From Centroscyllium fabricii (taxonomy: Eukaryota): DNA of 64,000 bases. Made by a program: the position numbers and the translations under genes. This document shows positions 35,949-48,252 of the stretch, piece after piece. A model generated the notes under the pieces. The model was given only the letters and a program-made list of their open reading frames with translations, was not told the DNA's origin and searched no databases. Within the stretch, counting starts at the first letter, position 1; every line of letters begins with the position of its first letter. Location: assembly GCA_051313645.2 (NCBI GenBank), contig JBNRSN020000029.1, positions 23,312,001 to 23,376,000 on the forward strand. The letters are read 5' to 3'.

Positions 35949-36034
35949 GGCCGCGTGGCCTCATGGAAAAGGCGCCTGACGGCGTAAATCGTTCAGTTAT
36001 CAGAAGATTGCAGGTTGGAGTCCTGCCGCGGTCG
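35949..36034 (+). pseudogene. Intron-containing tRNA-Arg(TCG), 3-nt anticodon-loop deletion (intron 35983-35998)
   Basis: GGCCGCGTGGCCTCATGG..CTGAC---GG[CGTAAATCGTTCAGTT]ATCAGAAGATTGCAGGTTGGAGTCCTGCCGCGGTCG. Confidence 0.88.
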
Positions 36035-36270
36035 TTTAAATCTATGGGATAATCTTGTTCTTCCCTAATCTGAAGCTGGCTTCAAAACGACCATTTCTGA
36101 CAGTCCCTCACCTGAAATTAACGGAAGGCCTTTTGCTTACATGAAGCATTTTAAACATTGTCGACCTGAGTGCAAGTCAGGACAAGTGCTGAAGGGGACA
36201 TTAGTTCAGAGTTGTTTCTGCTTAGATGCAAATTACCTCCATGGAATGATTGACTGCAGTGCGGCTGTCA

Positions 36271-36353
36271 GACGAGGTGACCGAGAGGTTTAAGGCGATG
36301 TGAATGCTAATCCATTATTCCTTGCATTCATGGTTCGAATCTCATTCTCGTCC
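36271..36353 (+). pseudogene. tRNA-Ser(GCT) pseudogene
   Basis: GACGAGGTGACCGAGAGGTTTAAGGCGATG..TGCTAATCCATT..GGTTCGAATC. Confidence 0.82.
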
Positions 36354-37169
36354 TTATTACTTTGCACTGAATGCTACGTGATACAGGATTTGTACTCGCA
36401 TTTTCGTCAAAATCACATTGGTGATTCAGCGCCGGGCCCCTGCTCTCTTCACATCCTGTTAACATAAAAGCAGACCACGAGCGATCCCGAATGAAGGTGG
36501 AGCAGCAATCGCGAATCGCAGGCACGCAATGAAATGATTTGTGAGCAAAACCATAACATTTCCGTTTCAGCGGAAATGTAATTTTAAACATATTTATAGA
36601 CCTTAATCACGAGATTTTCTGGTTTAGTTTCATTGGTTGGGAGTTAAATAATAGGGAGAAATCCTCACTCTTTTCCGCATATTTTCATGAGATCTGAGAC
36701 CTCGGTTGAACGTCATACCAGAAAGACGGAAACGCTGACATTTCAGTTCTCCCTCAGCACTGCAATGGAGTGTCAGCCAGGATTATGTGCTCAAGTCTCT
36801 GGAGTGTGACTTGCGGTTGCTACCGCTGAGCTACGTCTGACACCTAAACTCAGTTCATTCGGCTGGAATGAAATGACGGAGATAAGTGAAAACGATAGTG
36901 GAGCAAAACTTCAAATTGGCCCAGTAGATTAAATCGCGCATCGTTATAGAAACCGCCGATTTATATTTCCATCGATTTCATAAGCAATAATAATCAGGCC
37001 TGTCTACAATGGCGGGGTCGTGGTCAGTCAAGGATCACGATGTGTCTGGTTAAACCGGGTATGCTCACAGTCCCGGATCATTTAAAGAAAAACTATCCCA
37101 GACGTGATGGCCGAGTCGGTGAGGTATAACGAAATAAACTCACAGTCCCGGATCATTCAATATGTCAGT

Positions 37170-37760
37170 ACCACGGGCAGGGAGATTATGATGGAGATGC
37201 ACAAAGAGATAGTAAGGCCACAGATGGAATAACGTTTGCAGTTCTAGTCGCCACTCTATTGGAAGGATGTGATTGCTTTGGAGTTGTTGCAGCGGAGATT
37301 CACCAGGATGTTACGTGAGCTGAAGCCCTTCAGATATGAAGAGATACTGGACGGGCGGGGGTTGTTTTCCTCGAAGCAGCGAAGGCTGAGGGGTGACCTG
37401 ATTGAGGTGTACAAAATTATGAGGGGCATAGATAGAAATGAACGTTTTCCCTTTAGAGGGGTCAATAACCAGGGGGTATAGTTTCAAGGTAAATGGCAGG
37501 ATGTTTAGAGGCGATTTGAGGAGGAATTATTTCACGCAGAGGGTGGTTGGAACCTGTACCAAACTGCCTGAAAGGATGGAAGAGGCAGGACACCTCACAA
37601 CATTCAAGAAGCATTTAGGTGAGCACTTTAAACGCCATAGCATACAAGACCACCGACTAAGTGCTGGAAAATGGGATTAGAATAGAAAGGGCTTGATAGC
37701 CGGCGTGGACAAAATGGACCGAAGGGCCTCTTTCTGTGCTGTATAACTCTGTGATTCTAT
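37170..37760 (+). mobile_element. CR1 3' fragment
   Basis: ALELLQRRFTRML..RRLRGDLIEVYKIMRGIDR..RNYFTQRVVG; 3'UTR ending GTATAACTCTGTGATTCTAT. Confidence 0.85.
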
Positions 37761-37822
37761 AGCCAGCAGTAACCACCGTCAGTGATGTGTGAATGTAACT
37801 TGTTGGAGACGATTTTTCAGCA

Positions 37823-37904
37823 GCTGCGATGCTCGAGTGGTTAAGTCGTTGGACTGGTCATCAAATAAGCTTTCCCCGCGCACATTCGAACCTTGCTCGC
37901 AGCG
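37823..37904 (+). pseudogene. tRNA-Ser(TGA/CGA-type) pseudogene
   Basis: GCTGCGA/TCGCAGC acceptor stem, GAGTGGTTAAG, TTGGACT; anticodon mutated; 3' flank shared with 45721. Confidence 0.8.
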
Positions 37905-38400
37905 GGTTCTTTCATTATTCGAATCAACCACTTCAAATAATTTTCTTCAACCTGATCCCTCTGGAAGGATTTTGGAAGTTTCGATCCCGATTTTAAGGAA
38001 ATTAAAGGACTGGCGAGAGACCTAGATCACTTACTTACTTCAAGGAGGCATGCTGCGTTTGCTGGCCTAATTATTAAAGTGTTCTGCAGATTGTCTGGAA
38101 GCTCCAGGTAAGGAGGCCTGGAGAGTCTCTGAGGAAGCTTCTCAGACACTCGGTGCTGTCCGGTAGCATCAGTCTGTGTAACCATGGGAGAGAGAGAATC
38201 GAAAATCACTGGAAGGCTTGTTTCTGTCAGCAGCAATGGTACAAGAGCAGGCATTCTAAAGTAAAAATCAGAATCCGGTCCAGGAGGCAGACAAACAGAG
38301 AGGAGATCGCGAAGACTGACCAGAATCACACCAATTAGGACAGCAACAGATAATTCATCTCTCCGACTCCCGAATCAGAAAAATTGACCTTTCTGAGTTT

Positions 38401-38803
38401 CATAGAAACATAGAAGATAGGAGCAGGAGTAGGCCATTCGGCCCTTCGAGCCTGCTCCGCCATTCAATGAGATCATGGCTGATCATCCAATTCCAGTACC
38501 CTGTCCCTGCCCTCTCCCCATATCCCTCGATCCCTATCGAGCCTGCACCAACACATATCCCACTCTATCCCCGTAACCCCACATATTCAATCCCCCTAAC
38601 ACTAAGGGTCAATTTATCCTGGCCAATCAACCTAACCCGCACATCTTTGGACTGTGGGAGGAAACCGGAGCACCCGGAGGAAACCCACGCAGACACGGGG
38701 AGAATGTGCCCACTCCACACAGATAGTACCCGAGGTTGGATTTGAACCCGGGTCTCCAGTGCTGTGAGGCAACAGTGCTAACCACTGTGCCACCATGCCG
38801 CCC
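38401..38803 (-). mobile_element. Full-length V-SINE (HE1-like): tRNA head, V domain, CR1-derived tail
   Basis: Head GGGCGGCATGGTGGCACAGTGGTTAGCACTG; V core TTCTCCCCGTGTCTGCGTGGGTTTCCTCCGGGTGCTCCGGTTTCCTCCCACAGTCCAAAGA; tail nearly identical to CR1 3'UTR 19645-19725. Confidence 0.92.
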
Positions 38804-39206
38804 CGTTTCGAATTGGACCACTGACTTAAATGTTGTACTAATATCTCCGTATAAACTTGTACAGTAATGTTAATAAAACCAAATTTTAGGAAAGTTCAAA
38901 GCCTTGGTTGATCTTAGCTCTGATTACCCTAAAGAGTGAAGAGAGTTAAAAGAAAAACCGTACCGTTCCTGCTGTCCAAGCTCACATTCTCCTCGCGAGC
39001 ATGCTACACCTAGCTCATGGCATGGTTCAAATTTCTAATAGATAGTCGGAATGGGAAACCTTATCGAACTGTGTGGGAGAGCAGCGGAGTGCTGCGCGGA
39101 CATTTAACTCACTGGGCGAAACTTTTTCTTCCTTGTTCTGAATCTGGCTTCAGCCCAACCATTAAAACCGATGGCAGTACTAATCTATTGTGTTCCGCGA
39201 TATAAG

Positions 39207-40187
39207 TCTGTGAAGTTAGGCAACCTCACCTCCCCCCCTTACCCTGAACACGGGGGCCCCACAAGGTTGTGTGCTGAACGCCCTCCTCTACTCCCTCTTC
39301 ACTCACGACTGTGCGGCTGTCCATGGCTCCAACACGATCATCAAGTTCGCGGATGACACCACGGTGGTTGGCCAGATCACCAACAACGACGAGTCAGCCT
39401 ACAGGGATGAGATCCAGCGCCTTGTGGGTTGGTGTGCCGACAACAAACTGGCACTGAACACCAAGAAAACCAAGGAGATCATAGTGGACTTCCGGAGGAC
39501 TGGAAGCAGAAGACACACCCCCATCTTCATCCAAGGGGCTGAGGTGGAAAGGGTGTCCAGCTTCAAGTTCCTCGGGGTCCACATCTCGGAAGATCTCTCC
39601 TGGTCACTAAACACCTCCTCTCTGGTTAAGAAGGCCCAACAGCGCCTGTACTTCCTAAGGAAGCTGAAGAAAGCCAGGCTGTCATCCGGCATCCTCTCCA
39701 ACTTCTACCGCTGCACAATAGAAAGCATACTGACAAGCTGCATCACTGTCTGGTATGGAAATTGCACTACCTCGGACCGAAAAACCCTGCAGCGGGTAGT
39801 CAAAACTGCCCAACGAATTACCGGTACACAGCTACCGTCAATGGAAAGCATCTACCTCAAACGCTGCTTACGGAGGTCTATGAACATTATTAAAGACCGC
39901 ACACACCCCAGCCACAGTCTGTTCACCCCCTGCCCTCCGGGAGATGTTACAGAGCAATTTGCACACGCACGACTATATTTCAGAACAGCTTCTTCCCCAG
40001 GGCTGTCAGACTCCTGAACTCTAAAAAGAAACTCCGGTACCTGCACGCCTGATAATGTACTTTACTGTATGCAATTTGCATGTAATTTATTTGCACTACT
40101 CTCGGGAGAGTCGAGACTTCGTCTCGTTGTATTGTACTAGTACTCTGCAATGACAATAAAACTTGAATTGAATTGAATTGAATTGAA
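39207..40187 (+). mobile_element. 5'-truncated Rex1/Babar-clade LINE
   Basis: ORF 39271-40017: LLYSLFTHDC..IIKFADDTTVVG.ITNNDESAYR..KTKEIIVDFRR..KKAQQRLYFLRKL; AATAAA then (TTGAA)5 tail. Confidence 0.9.
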
Positions 40188-40451
40188 GTTGTACTCTAAC
40201 TATTTCTAGCCAACAATGTTAGCCTCCATTTACAATCATGTATTTCCACTTACAAATTGTTTTTTCAGAAAAAATTGCTCTGGTGCTACACTGTCGTCTG
40301 TCTCGACATCCTGATATTATAAACTCTGTCATAAATATACTGCTCTCAAATTGCTGTGAGAGCGAACTGAAAGGGAAATGTGAAGATATTCGAAATAAAT
40401 GAACACGATGGCGATACAATTCATTGTTTGTGAAGCTATTGATACCTGGAT

Positions 40452-41968
40452 ACATAGACAGGAGCAGGAGTGGTCCATTCGGCCCCTCGAGCCTGCTCCG
40501 CCATTCAATGAGATCATGGCTGATCATCCAAGTTCAGTACCCTTTTCCTGCCTTCTCCCCATAGCCCTTGATTCATTTAGCCTTAAAAATATATATTAAC
40601 CCCCTTGTTCACTATATTTAATGAATAGGCCTCTATGGCCTTCTGTGGTAGCGAATTCCTCAGGTTCACCACTCGCTGGGTGAGGAAGTTGCTCCTCATC
40701 TCTGTTCTAAGTGGCTTACCCCTTATCCTTAGACTGTGACCCCGGTCTGTGCTGCCCTGCCATCGGGAACATCCTTCCTGCATCTAGTCTGTCGAGTCCT
40801 GTTAGAGTTTTATAAATTTCAGTGAGATCCCCTCTCATTCATCTAAGCGAGTATAAGCACAATCGGCCCAATCTCTCCTCATACGTTATTCCTGCCATAC
40901 CAGGTATCAGCCTGGTGAATCTTCGTTGCACTCCCTCCATGGCAAAAAGATCCTTCCTCAGATAAGGTGACCAAAACTGCACACAATACTCAAGTGGTGG
41001 TCTCACCAAGGCCCTGTACAACTGCAGCAAGATATCCTTGTTCCTGTACTCTAACCATCTCGCTAGGAAGGCCAAATAAACATTTGCCTTATTAACCGCC
41101 TATTGCACCTGCATGCTTACCTTCAGTGACTGGTGCACAAGGACACACAGGTCCCGTTGCATTTCCCAGATTCTCCCAATACATTTCAGCTCAGATAATA
41201 ATTTGCCTTGCTGTTTTTGCTACCAAAGTGGATAACATCGCATTTATCCACATTATATTGCATCTGCCATGTTTCTGCCCAATCGCCCAACCTGCCCAAA
41301 TCAAACTGGAGTTTCTCGGCATCCTCCTTACAGCACATACTGCTTTGCGTCATCTGCAAACTTGGAGATATTACATCTAGTTCCCTCGTCTAGATCGTAT
41401 ATATTGTGAATAGTTGGGGTCCAATGATCGATCCCTGCGGTACCCCACAAGTCACTGCCTGTCACTCGGAAAGGGAGCCATTTATTCCAACTCTTTGCTT
41501 TCTGTCTGCCATCCAGTTCTCTATCCAAGTCAATACTTGCGCCCAGTCCCATGTGCCTTAACTTTGCATGCTAAGCTCTTATGTGAGACCTTATCAAACG
41601 CCTTTTGAAAGGCTAAATACACCACATCCACTGGATCTCCCTTTTCTATTTCATCAGTTACATTCTCAAGAAATTCCAGTAGATTAATCATGCTCGACTT
41701 ACCCTTTGTGAATCCATGTTTACTTTGTCCGATCCGTTTACTGTTTACCAAGTGCTCTGCCATTACATCTTTTATAATGGACTCTAGCATTTGCCCCACT
41801 ACCGATGTGAGGCTTACCGGTCTGTAACTCCCCTCTTTCTCTCCACCACCTTTTCTGAATAGTGGGGTAACATTAGCTACCCTCCAATCCATGGGTACTG
41901 TTCCAGAGTCTATTTAATTTTGGAAGATGATCAGGAATGCATCTATTATTTCTAGGGCCACTTCCTGA
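40452..41968 (-). mobile_element. 5'-truncated CR1 (RT), reverse strand
   Basis: [21 protein letters not shown]; KFADD; RPPLEYCVQFWSPYLRKD; 3'UTR near 40452. Confidence 0.92.
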
Positions 41969-42730
41969 AGAAACCTAGATTGGGGACGGGTTAAAGTGTT
42001 GTATAAACACATGATCAGTGTTTTGTTTTGCTAGGTTTGTTTTCGCTTTTTTAATGTAAGCAAGTGCTGTAGCACCAAGGTAAGATACAGATTGAGTTGA
42101 GTTAATCAGCCATGCCATAATTGAATGGCGGACAGGCTCCGTGGCCTGAATGGCGTCCACCTGTTCCTGTGTTCCTATGTATGGTTCAAACACCTTAAAT
42201 AAACCTCTCTGTTTTCTCCACAGATGATGAATGAGCCGCCGTGTGGTGCCTGTATTATTATTGCTGTTTTAATTTGGGTTTTGGGGATGAGCCGATGGAA
42301 GTGGAAACCTACCGTGTTTGGTTTTCTGGCAGGAGCAAATGAAGTTGGCCTATAAATCACCTCCAGACAAATTCACCAAAATATTCCCCACCTCACTACC
42401 GCACAACCGCAAGCACTGCTCCACTCTACCATATAAACCCAATTAGTTCCCCCTCAATTCAACAATCTTCACAAGCGTCCCCACTATTATACAACCTCAG
42501 GTGTGCATGTACAGAGTGTGAGCCTTTTACAGTGGGTTTTATACAACAGCGACCGCCAGTCCTCATGTGTCACACTAAGTAAATCTAGATAGCATAAATA
42601 TAAGATCCTCAATAATAAATCCAGTAGGTAATTCAGGAAAAACTTGTTTTTGCAAAGAGTGGCTGGAATGTGAAAATACGACAAGCACCAGGCATCATTG
42701 AGGGGAGAAGAGCAATTTTAGCCGTGATTT

Positions 42731-42806
42731 GCCTCCGTGCCTTAACTGGTCAAAGCGCCTGTCTAATAAATAGCATATAGCTTGGGTTTAAATCCCAGCG
42801 CTATTT
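42731..42806 (+). pseudogene. tRNA-Thr(AGT) pseudogene
   Basis: GCCTCCGTGCCTTAACTGGTCAAAGCGCCTGTCTAATAAA..AATCCCAGCG; downstream flank resembles 27540. Confidence 0.8.
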
Positions 42807-43929
42807 CTTTAAATAACAAAATATTGTCTTATGATCCCACAGAGGTGGGTTGCTTCTCTTTTGAAAGTGCTGTAATCCTTTGGGATGGGAACGGATAAAG
42901 GCTCAACACACGTACATCATAAATATATATTAAAGTCTGATTGGCATTCGGCCAACGTTATAACATTTCCTCCAGTGATCAACATAAATTTATCGGTTTA
43001 TTAATGGCGATTAAAAAAATTAGTCATCCTGATACTGCCTTTAATTATATTTTCGTGTCATTGATTTAATAAACTGCACAACTGTTTTATAAAAATCAGA
43101 CCGTAAATAACCCCGTGCTCTGGTTGCACAGAATTCCAACTCCTGATCCACCAGGGGACGCTCCACCCAGCAGCTGTGAGAGCTGCAAATATACTGGTGG
43201 CACCCCCGCCAGTTACAAATATATTCCTGACTTATGTTCGATGTACATCTTGTTTATCTTTGCAAGTTACAAGTGTCTGTAGATATATCTGAATTAATTA
43301 TTCATTTATTTGATTTCATCTGTCTTAATTGTAAATTGAGGCAGTGCATTCCAGACCCCAACAACTCGCAGCGCAAAACAATGGTTCCTAATGTCGTCTC
43401 GGGTTCTTCTGCCAATTACCTTTAATTTGTGTCCTCTGGCCACCGACTGTTTGACCACTGGAAACATGTTTCTCCTCATTTACGATATCAAATCCGTTCA
43501 TGAATTTAAACACCTCTATCAAAATTTCTGTTCTAAAGCGAACAACCCCAGCTTCTCCAGTCCCCCACATTCATAAGTCCCTCTTCCCTGGTACCATTCC
43601 AGTAAATCACTTCTGTTAATTTCTTTCTTAAATTAATAACTATAGTGAAACACTTATAAGAAAAAGAACGAACAGAACAAAAAAGAGAGTAATAAATACA
43701 GAGCAAAATGGACGTGAATGTTTAAGGACATAAGAAATAGGAGCAGGAGTAGGCCATTCGGCCCTTCGAGCCTGCTCCGCCATTCAATGAGATCATGGCT
43801 GATCTGAGAAATTGAAATAACAGAAGATCTGAGTTTTATGATCGGTCAGTGAGAGGATTCCATCTTTCAATCGGACTTTGGCTGTTCGATTTACTGATAA
43901 AGACAGACAGAGAGAAGCACGGTGCGCAG

Positions 43930-44002
43930 GCCCGGCTAGCTCAGTCGGTTGCGCATGAGACTCTTAATCTCAGGTTCGTGGGTTCGGGACCCACGTTGGG
44001 CG
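43930..44002 (+). tRNA. tRNA-Lys-CTT: tRNA-Lys(CTT), full length but mutated in D-arm and T-loop (probably impaired)
   Basis: GCCCGGCTAGCTCAGTCGGT..GAGACTCTTAATCTC..CCCACGTTGGGCG; about 5 substitutions including A58. Confidence 0.85.
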
Positions 44003-44430
44003 GTTCCCTTTACTGTTGATTTTACAGGCGATCGCCAGCAATTCCGTGGCAGAGAGACCAAGTAGTGTTTTTTGTAAATGCAATACAACAACAATATCAG
44101 AAAATCTCTCCATGATTCTGGACTCTTATCGCTCTCTCGTTGAACTTCATATCATTTCACCTGCAGTGCGGCTCAGTGGGACTTCGGGTCAGTCTCTCCC
44201 TTCACAACCCATCAGTGCCGGGAAAACAAAGGGGAATTTAAAACACATGTTGTGCTCTGTAACTTCTTATAAAAACTTCAGTTTACTTCACTCAGTGTCC
44301 AGCCCTGTGAGGTCTCCCCTGGTGGGTCAGCTTTAGATGTTTATAAACACGTCAGCAGAACATTAACATAACCTGAGCTCCGCGATCTGGTCGGGTCCCA
44401 TTCCCCCGAAGTGATTAATGAGCAGGAGGG

Positions 44431-44768
44431 ATACTATCTGTGTGGAGTTTGCACATTCTCCCCGTGTCTGCGTGGGTTTCCTCCGGGTGCTCCGGTTTCC
44501 TCCCACAGTCCAAAGATGTGCGGGTTAGGTTGATTGGCCATGATAAATTGACCCTTAGTGTTAGGGGTATTGAATATGTGGGGTTGCGGGGATAGGGTGT
44601 GATATGTGATGGTGCAGGCTCGATAGGGATCGAGGGATATGGGGACAAGGCAGGGATAGGGTACTGGGTTTGGATGATCAGCCATGATCTCATTGAATGG
44701 CGGAGCAGGCTCGAAGGGCCGAATGGCCGACTCCTGCTCCTAGTTTCTATGTTTCTATGTTTCTATGA
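44431..44768 (+). mobile_element. 5'-truncated HE1-like V-SINE
   Basis: V domain plus CR1 tail, ends (TTTCTATG)3. Confidence 0.9.
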
Positions 44769-44814
44769 TTCGAGTTTCTTTAAAAGAATGACACGAAAAT
44801 CACTTTGATGTGCG

Positions 44815-44842
44815 GCCGAAATAGCTCCGTTGGGATTCGGCG
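44815..44842 (+). pseudogene. Internally deleted tRNA-Phe(GAA) remnant
   Basis: GCCGAAATAGCTCCGTTGGGA (first 21 nt of Phe, one mismatch) joined directly to TTCGGC (3' acceptor strand), then a T-run. Confidence 0.6.
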
Positions 44843-45322
44843 GTTTTTAGATATTTTGTGACTCTTTTTTGGATCCTTTTCTCGAACTTACCAATTTAAA
44901 ATGAAGTCTTTTATCCGCCACTGAAGGGTTGGGTTTGAATAGAGAGAGACATCAAGGATGGGAACTATTTCTATTGTCTGTATTTAGCTTTTATTTCTCT
45001 GCCTCCATCTGTCCTTTTCTCTGCTTTATTCTCTCCCGGTGCCGGGTGTGCATTTGCCAAAATTGATGCCTTTTTCACATCTCGGGGCGGTCAGACACGC
45101 TCTGTCTGTCTGTTACTGCTTGTGACCATTAAAGGGAAAAGGCCGCCAGTTAAACGTTTATCAGCAAACCGAAGGAAGACAAATAAACTGAAAGGTGTGT
45201 TACTCCGCCCAAATGCAAATGTGAAATCGATGTTGCTCAAAACAATTTTCCCCTGACAGTTTATGCAGATTTTTTGTAAAGTCTGGATTTTCAATGGCAG
45301 AAGAAACCGAGCAAGTAAGAAA

Positions 45323-45685
45323 TACAGAAACACAGACGATCGGAGCAGGAGTCGGCCATTCGGCCAATCGAGCCTGCTCCCCCATTTTTGATGAGATCAT
45401 GGCTGATCATCCAAACCCAGCACCCACCTCCTACCCATATCCGCCGATACCGCGACTCTAAGAACTATATCTCACACACATACTTATGGTCAATATTTTT
45501 TTGTGTTATCTCCAATTCACCTAACCTGCATTTCTTTGGGTTGTGGGAGGAAACCGGAGGAAACCCACACAAACACGGGGAGAACATGCAAACTCCACGC
45601 AGAGAGGTCCTGGGCCAAGCACAATTGGAACCCAAGAGCTGCCGATGGCGAGGCAGCAGTGCTAACCACTGCGCACCGTGTCGTC
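45323..45685 (-). mobile_element. Older HE1-like V-SINE
   Basis: Tail, V domain and head GCAGTGGTTAGCACTGCTGCCTC on reverse strand. Confidence 0.8.
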
Positions 45686-45720
45686 CGAGTAAAGCAGTTG
45701 ATTCGAATAATGAAAGAACG

Positions 45721-45797
45721 CGCTGCGAGCAGTGCTCGAACCTGCGCAGAGAAACCCAATTATCAAGTGCAACGTCTTGACCAATCGGCCATCGCAA
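45721..45797 (-). pseudogene. tRNA-Ser(TGA) pseudogene
   Basis: Reverse complement GCGATGGCCGATTGGTCAAGACGTTGCACTTGA..GCGCAGGTTCGAGCACTGCTCGCAGCG. Confidence 0.82.
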
Positions 45798-45809
45798 ATA
45801 AACTGCTGA

Positions 45810-45885
45810 TGACCCGAACAGGAATTAAACCTGTTCCCTGAGCGATATTAGCAGCGCGCTCTAAAAAAACCTGTGCTAACCGGCC
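45810..45885 (-). pseudogene. tRNA-Ile(AAT) pseudogene, 12 nt upstream of the Ser gene
   Basis: Reverse complement GGCCGGTTAGCACAG..TTAGAGCG..TGCTAATA..CGGGTCA. Confidence 0.8.
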
Positions 45886-46206
45886 GGTAATAGCTGTCAG
45901 GGTTGTTAGAGCCCCGCGCTGGGCGGTTTGTGTTTTACTTCTCACACTGGGTCACAGAGTTATTGTAGAGACAGTGATCACACCACAACCCTTAAACATT
46001 GCTCCGATGTAAAATAATCACTCTTATTAAACCGAGTGTGTACATCGAAAGTAACAGAAAAGAGCACTTAATTGTGAAAAGAATGATTGCACCAACAGTG
46101 AAGGGAATCTGCCGGCCTCCGCAATTCTCATCCTGTGACTGTGGGAGTTTGGTTCGGGCAGAGGTTTGACTGTGACGACACGAGCCCTCGCCGCACCCCC
46201 GCTACA

Positions 46207-46540
46207 CAGAAACATAGAAGATAGGAGCAGGAGTCGGCCATTCGGCCCCTCGAGCCTGTCCCGCCAGTTAATGAGACGATGGCTGATCAGTCAATCTCAA
46301 TACACTGTCCCTGCCTTCTCCCCATGTCCCTTGAACCCTTTAACCTTAAGACATTTCTCGAAATCCTTCTTTAATATATTTAAACAATTGGCCTCAACTG
46401 CCTTCTGTGGTAGAGAATTCCAGAGGTTCACCACTCTCTGGGTGAAAAAAATCCTCCGCATCTCGGTCGCAAATGTCGTACCCCTTACCGTTAGACTGTG
46501 ACCCCTGGTTCTGGACTCCCTCGCGAGCGGGAACATCCAT
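46207..46540 (-). mobile_element. CR1 3'-end fragment
   Basis: MFPLARESRTRGHSL..FFTQRVVNLWNSLPQKAVEA plus 3'UTR. Confidence 0.88.
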
Positions 46541-47956
46541 CCATGTTAAACCTGAAAAGTGTCTGGCAAAGATTCAGAACTGGCGAGGAGGAAGTAACAC
46601 TTCGGGGAGGTTTGTTTTCCTGAATCCCGAACAATTCTGGCTCTTTTTGACATGTCCCCATTCAATGTACAGACCCTCTCCTCATTGTGCCCCTCGAGAA
46701 CTGTCACCTCATATTTATCGCCAGTTAATTTCAAGACATGTTTTACACACCGGTCCACGATTGACCTGGAGTCCCAAATACTGTGTCAAATGTAGCACTT
46801 TCTGAAATACTACTCGGGCCGCGTGTTAGTCAAGAGAGACAGAGGGTAATTAGGCAGACTAAGCATTGCAGAGCCTTTGCTGCAGTGAAACAGGGGCTCG
46901 TTCCATGAAACAGTGATACAGCTTTCCGAATAGAGAACTGATGGTTCCACTGAAACCAAAGGGTTTGAGTTGTTAGCAGGCAGGACAGATAGAATGTGCG
47001 GCGTGTTTAAACTAGATGTGGGTTTTGTTGCTGTAGTTGTTCTGTGGCGTATCTTCAAGGAGATGATTCTGAATGCAATGAATCAACGTGTAACCATGCA
47101 ATGCAAAGGTAATGAGCGTCATTACAGTCCAGCCTGGTTCAATGCAACAGGCAAACTATTCATCCAGATGACAGAAAGGGTATTTAAGACCATGGCACTA
47201 AATGACACAGAATTCAGCCAGCTTCAAGAACAGAAGGCAAACCAAGAGTGTAAAAACTGCAACTGAATGGGGAAGTAAATATTGAGATTGAATATAGCAA
47301 GTGAAGAGAAGGGAAATATCTGTGCCAGAGGTAAGTTGTGACATTATTCACATTCCGACTTTATCTGCATAGGTCTGTTGAAGGGGCGATTGAGAAGAAT
47401 AGAGGAGAAATGAAAAGGAAGGAGGAATGAGGGAAAGGTCTTCTGATTGCCCGGAGCGCAGGACGCTGTGTTCGGAACCGGCAGACTTTAAAGCGCATGT
47501 GTAGGAAAGTAAAGAGTGAACCTGTGTGTGAAACGATCACAAGAAAGTTGTGCTCGGAGTTGTGCCCTTAAGACAAGTTAAAAGTTGTCAGGAAAACTGC
47601 TGTTGTGAAAGCACAAAATTAAAAACAGAAACTGCTGACAACACTCAGCAGGACAGGCAGCATCTGTGGGGAGATACCCACTTCATCAGGTCTTCATTGT
47701 GCACTTTGAACGATACCTCACACAGCTCACATCTCACAATCTCATCACCTCCGAGAAGAGAGGGTTCACAATCTCCGCTCCGCCTTCATTCAAGAATTGC
47801 AGTGATCTGTTTTAATTTCAACAAGTTGCGATCATTGCAGGGGCAAAGACCAGAACCCGAGACAGGTTCTGACAAAATTACCTTTCTAAGCCTTTTTACG
47901 TAAGATTCAGTGAAATGCTCGGAAAATGTACAAGCATCAAACGTGCAAAGGCATCA

Positions 47957-48020
47957 CGACTCGAACCCACGCGCACATACGATTAGCAGTCCATCGCCTT
48001 AACCTCTCGGCCACCTCGTC
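47957..48020 (-). pseudogene. tRNA-Ser(GCT) with intact 5' half and deleted 3' parts
   Basis: Reverse complement GACGAGGTGGCCGAGAGGTTAAGGCGATGGACTGCTAATC then deletions. Confidence 0.85.
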
Positions 48021-48252
48021 GCACCGATGGAGAGCTCTCAGCCATTGCATTGGCTGCTTTTAGCATCTAAGTAGAAATATCCTGTAAGGAATGTACTTCA
48101 CCGTTTATCCTGCCGATGCACACAGTTCTACAATGTTGAAAATGTACAAGCAGCTTATTATAAGCAAAAGGCCTTCCGATGCTGCAGGTGCGGAACTGTC
48201 AGAAATGGTCGGGTTGAGGGAAGACATAGAACAAGTGTCTGAGCTACTTAAG

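Noticed and set aside
46850-47336. Unique-looking stretch with a 98-aa ORF and AG|GTAAGT donor at 47331, possible host exon
   Set aside because: In-frame stops nearby and no recognisable protein family; a BLASTX search would be needed.
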